From an uncultured Verrucomicrobiota bacterium (GTDB taxonomy: Bacteria > Verrucomicrobiota > Verrucomicrobiia > Limisphaerales > CAZFVY01), in assembly GCA_964522665.1 (NCBI GenBank), contig CAZFVY010000011.1, positions 9,564 to 73,563 on the forward strand: a DNA stretch of 64,000 nt. Reading direction: 5' to 3'. The notes under the pieces are model-generated. The model had not been told where the DNA came from. It did not search any database and worked only from the letters and a program-made list of their open reading frames with translations. Of the stretch, positions 9,176 to 18,511 are shown one piece after another. Each line of letters starts with the position of its first letter. The first letter of the stretch is position 1. The position numbers were made by a program, and so were the translations under genes.

Positions 9176-9985
9176 CTATTGCAGGCTGGCGGTCGCGGCG
9201 GTGCTCATCCGGCCCCAATCTGCGTTGCCCGGACTATTCGGGATCGGCACCGTCAAGCACGCGATGGTGCGGGGATCGCTCAACTTCCAATTCTCGACGT
9301 GGCCGTCCGCGAAACTCAATGGGAAGACGTTTTGGTGTCTGGTCGCCGGGCTTTCCAAGAGGCCGTGGTTGCCGGTCATGTCCACCGGAAACCAACCGTC
9401 GTTGATGGTCCGCTCATGTTCATCAATGAAGACAAAGGCCTTCGTGGGGGATGGCGTGACGATATCCTCTTCGCGCAGAAAGACCCGGAAATCATCCTCC
9501 CCGGGCAGCGCGCGCCCGCCCATCCAGCCGTTGATCGCATAGCTGCGGACCCGGCGGACACCGGCGGTGACGCTGCGATCCGCTGGACACTGATATACGG
9601 AAGTTGAAAGGGCGTAGGGAAAGAGTGAACCCTTGCGCAACGTGTTGAGATTCGTCGAGTCGAGGACCCCGGATTCGACCTGGCCGTAACTGTCATCGAC
9701 CGAGCCGCGCACCCAGGCGTTCGAATTGACGCCCCCACCCAAGCTATAGAAATAACTTTCCGGCAGCCTTCCGTTGTCCTGGGAATACATGAGCCAGGCG
9801 AGGGTCAACTGCCTGGTGTTGTTGGAACAAGCCGTACGCGTTGCCTTGGCTTTGGCGCGGGCCAGGCCCGGCAGCATCAAGCTGGCGAGGATTCCGATGA
9901 TGGAGATCACGACTAACAACTCGATTAATGTGAAGGCATGTTTTGTCCCGGCCTTCACAGGGATCCCCTGCTTGATGAACTTCAT
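9176..9985 (-). CDS. Prepilin-type N-terminal cleavage/methylation protein (DUF1559-like, H-X9-DG)
   Basis: HA|[24 protein letters not shown]; CSNN; RHQNVFPLSFADGH. Start uncertain (9985 or 10009). Confidence 0.9.
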   Translation of the reverse strand: MKFIKQGIPVKAGTKHAFTLIELLVVISIIGILASLMLPGLARAKAKATRTACSNNTRQLTLAWLMYSQDNGRLPESYFYSLGGGVNSNAWVRGSVDDSYGQVESGVLDSTNLNTLRKGSLFPYALSTSVYQCPADRSVTAGVRRVRSYAINGWMGGRALPGEDDFRVFLREEDIVTPSPTKAFVFIDEHERTINDGWFPVDMTGNHGLLESPATRHQNVFPLSFADGHVENWKLSDPRTIACLTVPIPNSPGNADWGRMSTAATASLQ

Positions 9986-10413
9986 TAGGTATGGTAATGC
10001 AATTTTCACTATTGACGGGAATTAGCAACGAACACAGAAGCTCTTGCGGAGTCACTGCAAGGGCGAGCGAACCGGAGCGGAAACCCGCTCACGGAATCAT
10101 CTCGTTTCGGCACTCACCGAACTGCACGCGCGAGCGGTCTTCAGCCATTTTTTGACTGCGACGCGCTCGTCGTTCTCATTCTCAATCACGGTTCGTGATT
10201 TAGCAAGATATGTGCCAAAAGGCGTAAATGGGGTATATGCCCTAAAACGGGACCGCCGCCCACCCCACGCTTCTCAAATCCGTCGGCGGGGTTTGGGACT
10301 GGTCGGGGAAGACCAGGGTATTCGCTGACGCGCTGTAAGTCGGAACACTGGAAGGCGTTGGATCGCGCGAACCCCAGGGAGCGGGAGGGCGCGCGGAAAG
10401 CCGCCGAAGGCGG

Positions 10414-11250
10414 TCACGATTTGAAGTCGCGGACGTGAAACGCGGTTGTGCCGACAACGATGAAAGTAACGTTAAAGGCCATCAAGACGCACAGAGACTG
10501 GGTGATATCCCACCACGAGATGGGTTGGGCGAACATTTTCTGCCACACGTGCAAATGGTAAGTCAGGAACCAATGTTGGATCTCCCGGAAGTACGGAATA
10601 TTCTGCATTATGAAGTTCACAAAGACGAACGAAAGCGCGAGAATCGTCGCCGCGGCGGGCTTGACGTTAAAGCAGGAAAACATGAACGCCAGGCCCATCA
10701 CGGTGCCAGCCGCGAGGGCGATCATCGCGTGCGCGCCCAGGTAATGTTCAAAACCGGCTCCGGCCGAAAATAGGCTGAAGATTTCCCCGGGAACGAAAAC
10801 AAAGAGACCGCGCCAGGGAAACCAAAAAGAGGCGAAGACGATCCCGAAAACGCCCAACGCAAACGCCAGCGCGCCCGAAAAGATCGCGCCGGCCAGCCAT
10901 TTCAAGCCGAGCAGCCGAAAGCGCGAAATCGGCCGCGCGAGAATCATGCGCAAGGTTCCGTCCTCGACCTCCTTGGCCACCAGATCGCCGCCGACGAGCG
11001 AGACGTAGAGCGGCAGTAAGATATAGGCGAGCGGAAAAAGCATGACCGTAGCCACCGTCAGGCTGGACAAGTATTGCTCGGCCAAATAGCCGTTTCCCTC
11101 CAGCGTGCGCATCATGTTCCGCGACGCCGGGGAAAAGCGGAACATCAAGATGATGACGTTTTGGGCGAGGAGGAACATCAGGAAACCAATGTAGGTTCGT
11201 TTTTTGCCGAACAGTTTCCAGAGTTCGTTGCGCAGTTGAAGGTAAAACAT
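10414..11250 (-). CDS. ABC-2-type exporter permease
   Basis: Six hydrophobic segments; EVEDGTLRMILARPISR motif; follows an ABC ATPase. Confidence 0.9.
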   Translation of the reverse strand: MFYLQLRNELWKLFGKKRTYIGFLMFLLAQNVIILMFRFSPASRNMMRTLEGNGYLAEQYLSSLTVATVMLFPLAYILLPLYVSLVGGDLVAKEVEDGTLRMILARPISRFRLLGLKWLAGAIFSGALAFALGVFGIVFASFWFPWRGLFVFVPGEIFSLFSAGAGFEHYLGAHAMIALAAGTVMGLAFMFSCFNVKPAAATILALSFVFVNFIMQNIPYFREIQHWFLTYHLHVWQKMFAQPISWWDITQSLCVLMAFNVTFIVVGTTAFHVRDFKS

Positions 11251-11259
11251 GAGGGCGAT

Positions 11260-12174
11260 TCAGGCCGCGGCGGTGTCTTGGTTTTCGGATCGTTTCATCA
11301 AGTCGAGATAGAAGGCTTCGAGCGTCTGCTCTTCCGCCGCGATCTCGTGGACCGGCAGACCCAAGGTGACAAGGTGGCGGACGATTTGTTCGGTCCGCGC
11401 CTCCGGCGCGAGCGCGATCAGTTTCCCCTCGCGCTGATCGGCGATCAGTCCCGCGTCGCGCAAAAGGGCGCAGGCTCGCGCGAAGTCGCTCGTTATCAGT
11501 CGAACCCAGCGTTGTTTGGTTTTGGCGTCCGCCAGGGTTCCCTCGAATTCTTTCCGGCCGCGGTTGAGGACGGCGATGCGGGTACAGAGTTGCTCGACCT
11601 CATTCAGGAGATGGGAGGAGAGCAGGATGGTCAGTCCCAATTCACGTTGCAGCCGCAGAATGGTGTGACGCATTTCATGGATCCCCTCCGGGTCCAGGCC
11701 GTCGCTCGGTTCATCAAGGATGAGCAACTCGGGCTGGGGAAGGAGCGCCTGCGCCAACGCGAGTCGGGCGCGCATGCCGTGCGAATAAGTGCGAACCTTC
11801 GAGTTCTCACGTCCGGTCAATCCGACCCAGTCAACGACCTTGAGGATTCGCGCGCGCGTCGTGCGCGCGGTGTAGTGGCTCAGTATCTCCAGGTTGCGCC
11901 GGCCGCTGAGGTAATCATAAAACATCGGCGACTCGAATATGGCGCCGACCTTTTGCAACGCCTGGCGTCGTTCGGCGAACACATCGTGGCCGCAGATCCG
12001 CGCCTGGCCGGAGGTCGGCCACACCTGGCCGAGCATCATGCCAATCGTCGTGCTTTTGCCCGCTCCGTTATGGCCGAGCAGGCCAAAGATTTCGCCGCGC
12101 GGGACTTGCAGCGTCAGTTCATGGACGGCGACTCGTTCGCCGAACTTTTTGTGCAGCTCGCGGAGATCGATCAT
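11260..12174 (-). CDS. ABC exporter ATP-binding protein
   Basis: Walker [10 protein letters not shown], signature YSHGM, Walker B LILDEP, H-loop SSH. Confidence 0.95.
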   Translation of the reverse strand: MIDLRELHKKFGERVAVHELTLQVPRGEIFGLLGHNGAGKSTTIGMMLGQVWPTSGQARICGHDVFAERRQALQKVGAIFESPMFYDYLSGRRNLEILSHYTARTTRARILKVVDWVGLTGRENSKVRTYSHGMRARLALAQALLPQPELLILDEPSDGLDPEGIHEMRHTILRLQRELGLTILLSSHLLNEVEQLCTRIAVLNRGRKEFEGTLADAKTKQRWVRLITSDFARACALLRDAGLIADQREGKLIALAPEARTEQIVRHLVTLGLPVHEIAAEEQTLEAFYLDLMKRSENQDTAAA

Positions 12175-12803
12175 GGCTGCTTTTGGATCGTGCCTTCAAC
12201 CACCAACAGGTTCTTCAAATGGCCGTCGGCGTAAAGATAGTTGACGCCTTTTTTATCGCCCCGGGCCTTGTGGAAGGACTCTTTGTCGTACGCGAGCGGG
12301 ATTTGATGCGGGTCAAAGTCCAAGCCGAAGGCCGACAGGTGGTCCGCGTCCTGGCCGTTGAGGAGAAAATTCCACGAATAGCTGGAACCGGTTTGCTCAA
12401 AGATCTGATGGGTGTCGGACGGGCACCGAAGGATGCGGTTCGCGCCGAGGTAGTTCGTCAGAACGATGTCGATGCTGAGCTGGTCGTTTGAGCCGGCCGG
12501 GGCGTTCGTGCTGATTTGCCGGTCATAAATTCGCGGCAGGCGGTTATTATTGTCCTGCACGTAGAGTTGGAGCGAGATGCCAATCTGGTGAAGATTGCTC
12601 AGGCAAACCGTCGAGCGTCCGGCCTCTTTCGCCCGTCCTAAGACCGGCAGTAGCAAGCCCGCCAGGATGCCGATGATCGCGATGACCACAAGCAATTCAA
12701 TGAGTGTGAAGGCGGCGTCGGCGCCTTCCTGCCAGATTCGCGCCGCTGGCGGAGGACCGCGGCGCAGCGATCGGCGTCCGGCGTCTGTGGCGCGATGGAT
12801 CAT
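12171..12803 (-). CDS. Prepilin-type N-terminal cleavage/methylation protein (short DUF1559-like)
   Basis: AA|[22 protein letters not shown]; CLSNLHQIG; CPSD; NYLYADGH; 4-bp overlaps with both neighbours. Confidence 0.9.
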   Translation of the reverse strand: MIHRATDAGRRSLRRGPPPAARIWQEGADAAFTLIELLVVIAIIGILAGLLLPVLGRAKEAGRSTVCLSNLHQIGISLQLYVQDNNNRLPRIYDRQISTNAPAGSNDQLSIDIVLTNYLGANRILRCPSDTHQIFEQTGSSYSWNFLLNGQDADHLSAFGLDFDPHQIPLAYDKESFHKARGDKKGVNYLYADGHLKNLLVVEGTIQKQP

Positions 12804-13441
12804 CGCGGCGGGCCGGGCCGACGAAACAAACGTCCACTTTCCATCGACCGCTGCAGTTCCTCAAGAAGCGGGGCGGCTTCGGCTTTGGTGGCGGCGGAAC
12901 TTTGGCCATAAAACGACTTAAGCCCCATGGTGACGATTTTCTTCTGCAGCTCGTCGCTGAAGGCCGGCGGCCCGTTGGTATCGGCCGCCGCGCGGTCGTC
13001 CGGGTTGTCGTTCGCCTGGCTTTCCCGCGCCTCGCGAAGACGCCGGATTGAATCCTGAATTCCCCGCCGGCGCTGGTCTTCCGGGAGCGACTCGAAGGCG
13101 GTCAACATTTGCTTGAAGCCGGTCGGCATCGTCGCCTCGACGAAGGCGGTTTTCTCCTCTTCCGTCATGACGGCGAACCAACGCGACCACTCATGGTCCA
13201 GGCGGGCGCGGCGCCGCTCATCTGGGGAAAGCGCGTTGAGCCGGTCCGCGATGGAACGCAGGGCGCGAGCACGGTCACGGGGATTCAACGCCGCCAAATC
13301 GACGGAATGCAAGTACGCGCGTACCTTATCGCCAGTGACTTTAAGGTGGCGCGCCAAGGCGAATCCACCCCACGCGAGCAACCACGCGCCAAGAACGGCG
13401 ATGGCCGCGTAGGCGATTGGACGGTGGCGCTGAGTCATCAT
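12800..13441 (-). CDS. Membrane-anchored alpha-helical hypothetical protein
   Basis: N-terminal TM segment ([19 protein letters not shown]) then charged helices; first gene of a coupled four-gene operon. Confidence 0.75.
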   Translation of the reverse strand: MMTQRHRPIAYAAIAVLGAWLLAWGGFALARHLKVTGDKVRAYLHSVDLAALNPRDRARALRSIADRLNALSPDERRRARLDHEWSRWFAVMTEEEKTAFVEATMPTGFKQMLTAFESLPEDQRRRGIQDSIRRLREARESQANDNPDDRAAADTNGPPAFSDELQKKIVTMGLKSFYGQSSAATKAEAAPLLEELQRSMESGRLFRRPGPPR

Positions 13442-13599
13442 CTACCAAGAGTGTAGGCGACAGGTGGTTTTGCGCCATGAGAAAGTGACTGCTCGAGAAT
13501 CGCAGGCCAAGCTCCCCGGACGCAGGGGAAGCCCGGCGCGCCAACCGGAAGAATACCGGTTGCCCGCCGGGCTAGTTATCTTTCGTTTGCCAGATTTTC

Positions 13600-13627
13600 T
13601 TGATTTGTCGGTCTTGGGCCGTAACTT
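13600..13627 (+). promoter_or_regulatory. Sigma70-type promoter for gcvP with leaderless geometry
   Basis: TTGATT-N16-TAACTT, then 7 nt to ATG 13635; no Shine-Dalgarno. Confidence 0.55.
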
Positions 13628-13634
13628 GCCCGCC

Positions 13635-16559
13635 ATGTTATTAACGGAAAATCGGACGACAACTTCGGCGGCGGCCAACCCCGTGGATTCGTCGGGCGGG
13701 GCAAGCTGCCCGGGGCATCCCGATCGCTTCGTCCGGCGTCATATCGGGCCGGACGAGTCGGAGATTAAAGCGATGGTGGCGACACTCTCGTTCGCCAGCC
13801 TCGATCAACTGATTGATGCCGCAGTGCCGGCCAGTATCCGATTGCCCGCTTCGTTGATCCTGCCGGAGGCGCAAAGCGAGTACGCGGTCTTGGCCAAGCT
13901 CAAGGCCATGGCGGGCAAGAATCAGGTTTTCCGTTCCTATCTTGGCCTGGGCTATCATGACTGTATTACCCCGGGGGTGATCCAGCGCAATGTCCTCGAA
14001 AATCCCGGATGGTACACCCAGTACACGCCTTATCAGGCGGAGATCGCGCAAGGACGGCTGGAGGCCTTGCTCAACTTTCAGACGATGATTTGTGATCTGA
14101 CCGCGCTCGAAATCGCGAACGCGTCGCTCCTGGACGAGGCGACCGCTGCGGCTGAGGCAATGACCATGTGCCACAGCGTCAAAGGAGCGCCCGGACGCAA
14201 CCGGTTTTTCATCTCGCGAACCTGCCATCCCCAGACGATCGACGTGGTTAAGACCCGCGCGGTTTGCCAGGGGATCGAAGTGATTGTCGGCGATCACCAC
14301 AGCGCTCGAATGGATGGAACCTACTTTGGGGCGCTCGCGCAATATCCCGCGACCGACGGAACGGTTTTTGACTACGAAGAGTTCGCGCGCCTGGCGCATG
14401 AGGCCGGGGCGATGTTCGTGGTCGCGGCGGACCTTCTGAGCCTGACGCTACTGCGGCCGCCCGGGGAATTCGGGGCTGACGTGGCGGTCGGCAATTCGCA
14501 ACGCTTCGGCGTGCCGCTGGGCTATGGAGGGCCGCACGCGGCGTACTTTGCGACGCGTGACGCCTTCAAACGGCAGATGCCGGGGCGCTTGGTCGGCGTC
14601 TCGAAGGATTCCCGCGGCCGGCCGGCGCTGCGTCTTTCCTTGCAGACCCGGGAGCAGCACATTCGGCGCGAAAAAGCCACGAGCAACGTTTGCACGGCGC
14701 AGGCGCTTCTGGCGAACATGGCGGCGTTTTACGCGATCTATCACGGACCGGAAGGGCTCACGCTAATCGCGCGGAGGGTTTACCTCATGGCGCACATCCT
14801 CGCGGCCGGGTTGGACCGCCTGGGCCATCGCGTGAGCGCCGGGCCCTTTTTCGACACGGTCCGGGTGGCGCCGGTGGGGCGTCAAGTTCAGGATATACTG
14901 CAAAACGCCCAGCTTCGGCGGATCAACCTGCGGGCGTTCGAGGACGGCTCGATCGGGATCGCGCTGGACGAGACGGTGGGGGAGGCGGATTTGCGCGATT
15001 TATTCGAGGTATTCAATGGCGGCCACCCGTCCGGAATTGATCTCGATGAATTAGCCCGGCAGGCGTCGTCGGAGCCGCTCGGCGCCCTGGCGCGCCAAAG
15101 TTCCTTTTTAACCCATCCGGTCTTCAATCGGCACCATTCGGAGACCAAAATGCTGCGCTATTTGCGGCGGCTGGAAGCGCGGGACCTCTCGTTGACGACG
15201 TCAATGATTCCGCTTGGTTCCTGCACGATGAAACTGAATGCGACCTCCGAGATGTTCCCCGTCTCCTGGCCGGAATTCAGCAAGCTGCATCCGTTTGCGC
15301 CCGTTTGGCAGGCGGAGGGATACCGCGCGTTGTTTGGCGAACTGGAGGATTGGCTTGCGGAAATCACCGGGTTTGCCGCGGTCTCGCTGCAGCCGAATTC
15401 CGGCGCGCAGGGGGAATTCGCGGGATTGCTGGCGATCCGCCGGTTCCATGAGCAAAGGGGGCAGGGCCATCGCCAAGTCTGCCTAATCCCGCAATCGGCG
15501 CACGGCACCAATCCCGCCAGCGCGGTGATGGCCGGCATGAGCGTGGCGCCGGTGGCCTGCGACGCGAACGGCAACATCGACGTCGCGGACTTGCGGGCCA
15601 AGGCGGAGGCGCATCGGGACGATTTGTCCGCCCTGATGGTGACGTACCCCTCAACGCACGGCGTCTTCGAAGAGAGCATCAAAGAGATTTGCCAAATCAT
15701 CCATGAATGCGGCGGGCAGGTCTATATGGATGGCGCGAATCTCAACGCGCAAGTGGGCCTTTGCCGGCCCGCGGACATGGGCGCGGACGTTTGCCACGTG
15801 AACTTGCACAAGACGTTTTGCATTCCGCACGGGGGCGGCGGGCCGGGCATGGGGCCGATTGGCGTGGCGGAGCATTTGGTTCCGTTCCTGGCGGGGCACG
15901 CGGTGGTGACCCTGGAAGGGCGGGCGGCGTCAGGGGCGGTTTCCGCGGCGCCGTGGGGCAGCGCGGGCATCCTGCCCATCTCCTGGGTGTACATCGCCGC
16001 GATGGGCGGCGAGGGCCTCACGCTGGCGACCAAGGTGGCGATCCTCAACGCCAACTATATCGCGGGGCGGCTCGCGCCCTATTTTCCAACGCTCTACAAG
16101 GGTCACGGCGGGTTGGTCGCGCACGAATGCATTCTTGACCTGCGGCAATTCAAGAGCGTGACGGTTGAGGACGTCGCGAAACGCTTGATGGACTATGGTT
16201 TTCACGCGCCCACGATTTCCTGGCCGGTGCCGGGGACGATGATGATCGAGCCGACCGAGAGCGAAGCGAAAGATGAGCTTGATCGGTTCTGCGACGCGAT
16301 GATCGCGATATACGCCGAGATCAAGGCGATTGAATCCGGGCGGGCGGACAAGCAGAATAATCTGCTTAAGAACGCCCCGCACACCGCGGACGTGGTGGCC
16401 GGTGACGCTTGGAACCGGCCGTATTCTCGCGAGCAGGCGGCGTATCCCGCGGCGTGGCTCCGGGAACACAAATTCTGGCCCCCGGTCGGTCGAATCGACA
16501 ACGTTTTCGGTGACCGCAATCTGGTCTGCTCGTGCGTCGGGATGGAAGCCTATCAGTGA
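13635..16559 (+). CDS. gcvP: Glycine dehydrogenase (decarboxylating), single-chain P protein
   Basis: [58 protein letters not shown] lysine [15 protein letters not shown]. Start set at MLLTEN. Confidence 0.97.
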   Translation: MLLTENRTTTSAAANPVDSSGGASCPGHPDRFVRRHIGPDESEIKAMVATLSFASLDQLIDAAVPASIRLPASLILPEAQSEYAVLAKLKAMAGKNQVFRSYLGLGYHDCITPGVIQRNVLENPGWYTQYTPYQAEIAQGRLEALLNFQTMICDLTALEIANASLLDEATAAAEAMTMCHSVKGAPGRNRFFISRTCHPQTIDVVKTRAVCQGIEVIVGDHHSARMDGTYFGALAQYPATDGTVFDYEEFARLAHEAGAMFVVAADLLSLTLLRPPGEFGADVAVGNSQRFGVPLGYGGPHAAYFATRDAFKRQMPGRLVGVSKDSRGRPALRLSLQTREQHIRREKATSNVCTAQALLANMAAFYAIYHGPEGLTLIARRVYLMAHILAAGLDRLGHRVSAGPFFDTVRVAPVGRQVQDILQNAQLRRINLRAFEDGSIGIALDETVGEADLRDLFEVFNGGHPSGIDLDELARQASSEPLGALARQSSFLTHPVFNRHHSETKMLRYLRRLEARDLSLTTSMIPLGSCTMKLNATSEMFPVSWPEFSKLHPFAPVWQAEGYRALFGELEDWLAEITGFAAVSLQPNSGAQGEFAGLLAIRRFHEQRGQGHRQVCLIPQSAHGTNPASAVMAGMSVAPVACDANGNIDVADLRAKAEAHRDDLSALMVTYPSTHGVFEESIKEICQIIHECGGQVYMDGANLNAQVGLCRPADMGADVCHVNLHKTFCIPHGGGGPGMGPIGVAEHLVPFLAGHAVVTLEGRAASGAVSAAPWGSAGILPISWVYIAAMGGEGLTLATKVAILNANYIAGRLAPYFPTLYKGHGGLVAHECILDLRQFKSVTVEDVAKRLMDYGFHAPTISWPVPGTMMIEPTESEAKDELDRFCDAMIAIYAEIKAIESGRADKQNNLLKNAPHTADVVAGDAWNRPYSREQAAYPAAWLREHKFWPPVGRIDNVFGDRNLVCSCVGMEAYQ

Positions 16560-16585
16560 GCGGCTTTCCGGTCGGTCCCGTCGGG

Positions 16586-17362
16586 CTAGCTTTCAGAGAT
16601 CAGAGCGAGGGCCGTTCTAGCGGCGGCCACCAACGCGTTTGCCCGCGTCGCAAGCGTGAAGTCGGAAGGCGCCTCGAGCGTGTAACTGAGGCGCGTTTTG
16701 GTCTGGATTAAGAAGAAGGATTCCGGCCATTGCGGTCGCGAGCGCGGATCAAGATTGGGACGGATGATGCCATTTTCGGCCTCGCGGCCTTCGATCAGCG
16801 GGGAGGGGTCAATCGGGCAGACCGGCTGAACACCGGCGATCATCGCCTCCGCCAGTGATGGCTGCGCGTCGGGGTTCAATTCATAAAGGTAGAATCCGTG
16901 CGCTTCCCAATCCTCGTGCAAGCAAAGGGTCAACTCAAACTGTGGCTGACGGCGAAGCCACGCAACGTGCGCGCGAATTTCGGCGGACTGTAGGTGGCGG
17001 TAATCACGGTTCAAGTCGAGGCCCTGGGCGTTTTCGCGTCGGTTAAGCTTAAAACCCGAAGGGTTGAGGCAGGGGCAAACCCAGAGATCAAGATTCTCCG
17101 GCCACGAGTTTTCCTCGAGCAGTCGGCGTACCGCCAGCGGGCCGGCCGGTTCGTCGCCGTGAATGCCGGTGGAGAGGTAGGCCCTTTTCCGGGCGGCGCC
17201 GGTGGACCGCCGAAACGCGACCAATTCAGGTCCGGCTTCGACCGGGATCGTGTCAATCTGCCACCCGTAGGCGGCGGCGGAGCGAAGGCCACCCGCCAAG
17301 ACCGCGTCGAGATCGATCTGCTCGCCGGCGTAGCGGTCTTTGTTTATGCCCAGCCGTTGCAT
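16586..17362 (-). CDS. M14-family zinc metallopeptidase (MpaA/AstE-like)
   Basis: IHGDEPAG (HxxE), NPSG, NRRENA, DLNRD, LHED, TLEAP. Confidence 0.9.
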   Translation of the reverse strand: MQRLGINKDRYAGEQIDLDAVLAGGLRSAAAYGWQIDTIPVEAGPELVAFRRSTGAARKRAYLSTGIHGDEPAGPLAVRRLLEENSWPENLDLWVCPCLNPSGFKLNRRENAQGLDLNRDYRHLQSAEIRAHVAWLRRQPQFELTLCLHEDWEAHGFYLYELNPDAQPSLAEAMIAGVQPVCPIDPSPLIEGREAENGIIRPNLDPRSRPQWPESFFLIQTKTRLSYTLEAPSDFTLATRANALVAAARTALALISES

Positions 17363-17397
17363 GGTTTGCCGCAACTCGCCGCATCCTGGAAGTTACC

Positions 17398-18438
17398 TCA
17401 GTCCTGGTCGCTGAAACCGTGCTTGTCCCACGCCGGGTCGAGGCCGAGATCGGCCAGCATTTGCAGGTCTTTCTCCACCGGCTGGTTCAGCGTCGTGAGA
17501 TAGTTTCCCACCATCATCGCGCTGGCGCCAGCCATGAAGATCATGCTCTGCGCGTCGCGCAAGTTCACCGTGCGCCCGCCCGCGATCATAATCTCCTGGC
17601 GGGGCAGGATGAAACGGAAACAGGCGATGGTCTTGAGGATTTCGAGCGGCGCCAGTGGCTCGCGATCCGCGAAAGGGGTGCCCGGGATTGGGTTGAGAAT
17701 GTTGATCGGCACGATATGGGCGCCCAACTCACGCAGTGAGAAAGCCAACTCACAGCGATCCTCGCGCGTCTCGCCCATTCCGAGGATGCCGCCGGAACAA
17801 ATCTTGATGCCGGCTTGTTTCAAGTGCTGAATCGTTTGCACTCGTTCCTCGTAGCTGTGGGTCGTGCAAACTTCCGGGAAAAACCGCCGGGAGCTTTCGA
17901 GGTTGTGGTTGTAACACTCGAGGCCGGATTCCTTGAGGCGGTCGGCGACCTTTTGGCTGCGGATAATGCCCAGCGAAGCATCGGGTCGCGCTTCACCGTT
18001 CTGTTTCAGTCGCTCCAGCCGGTCGCAGATTTCATCCAGGACCGGGCCTTCATCGAGTCCCCGCCAGGCGGCGACCAACCCCAACGCGGTGACGCCATTT
18101 TTCTTCGCCTCGGCCGCCGCCTCGAGTACCGGGCTGGATTCCACCAGCCCATAGCGCGGCGCCTCCGTCTGGTAGGCGGCGGATTGAGAGCAGAAGCGGC
18201 AGTTCTCGGAGCAAGCGCCGGCCTTGACGTTGACGATCGAGCAGAGATGCACCTTATTGCCTTTGAAGCGCTCGCGGATGCGGTTCGCCCAGGCCAACAA
18301 ATCGAAGATGTCGGACGCGTTGTCCAACTCGAACAACCAGGCGCCTTCCTCGCGCGTGATCGAGCCGCCCGCCAAGACCCGGTTGCCCAATTCGCCGAGC
18401 CGGGCGTGGGCGCTCACGTCAATCACTTCGTCAATCAT
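17398..18438 (-). CDS. bioB: Biotin synthase with atypical auxiliary-cluster ligands
   Basis: CSENCRFC, YNHNLES, ICSGGILGMGE, VPINILNPIPGTP, GNYLTT. Start set at MIDEVI; the ORF-track extension overlaps the neighbouring gene. Confidence 0.92.
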   Translation of the reverse strand: MIDEVIDVSAHARLGELGNRVLAGGSITREEGAWLFELDNASDIFDLLAWANRIRERFKGNKVHLCSIVNVKAGACSENCRFCSQSAAYQTEAPRYGLVESSPVLEAAAEAKKNGVTALGLVAAWRGLDEGPVLDEICDRLERLKQNGEARPDASLGIIRSQKVADRLKESGLECYNHNLESSRRFFPEVCTTHSYEERVQTIQHLKQAGIKICSGGILGMGETREDRCELAFSLRELGAHIVPINILNPIPGTPFADREPLAPLEILKTIACFRFILPRQEIMIAGGRTVNLRDAQSMIFMAGASAMMVGNYLTTLNQPVEKDLQMLADLGLDPAWDKHGFSDQD

Positions 18439-18445
18439 GATTGAC

Positions 18446-18473
18446 ACGGTAGCAGTCGGGCCGGCTTTCGCAA
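18446..18473 (-). promoter_or_regulatory. Sigma70-type promoter for bioB with leaderless geometry
   Basis: Minus strand TTGCGA-N16-TACCGT, then 7 nt to ATG 18438. Confidence 0.55.
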
Positions 18474-18511
18474 GCGCGGTTATCTTGCGGCGACCCCGTG
18501 GCTTCGACGCG

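Noticed and set aside
10010-10413. ncRNA or riboswitch in the 400-nt gap upstream of the pseudopilin
   Set aside because: No recognisable aptamer, tRNA or extended stem; only short hairpins.
13442-13634. Glycine riboswitch upstream of gcvP
   Set aside because: No GGAGA...GAAG...CUCAGG aptamer core. The promoter geometry suggests gcvP has no leader at all.
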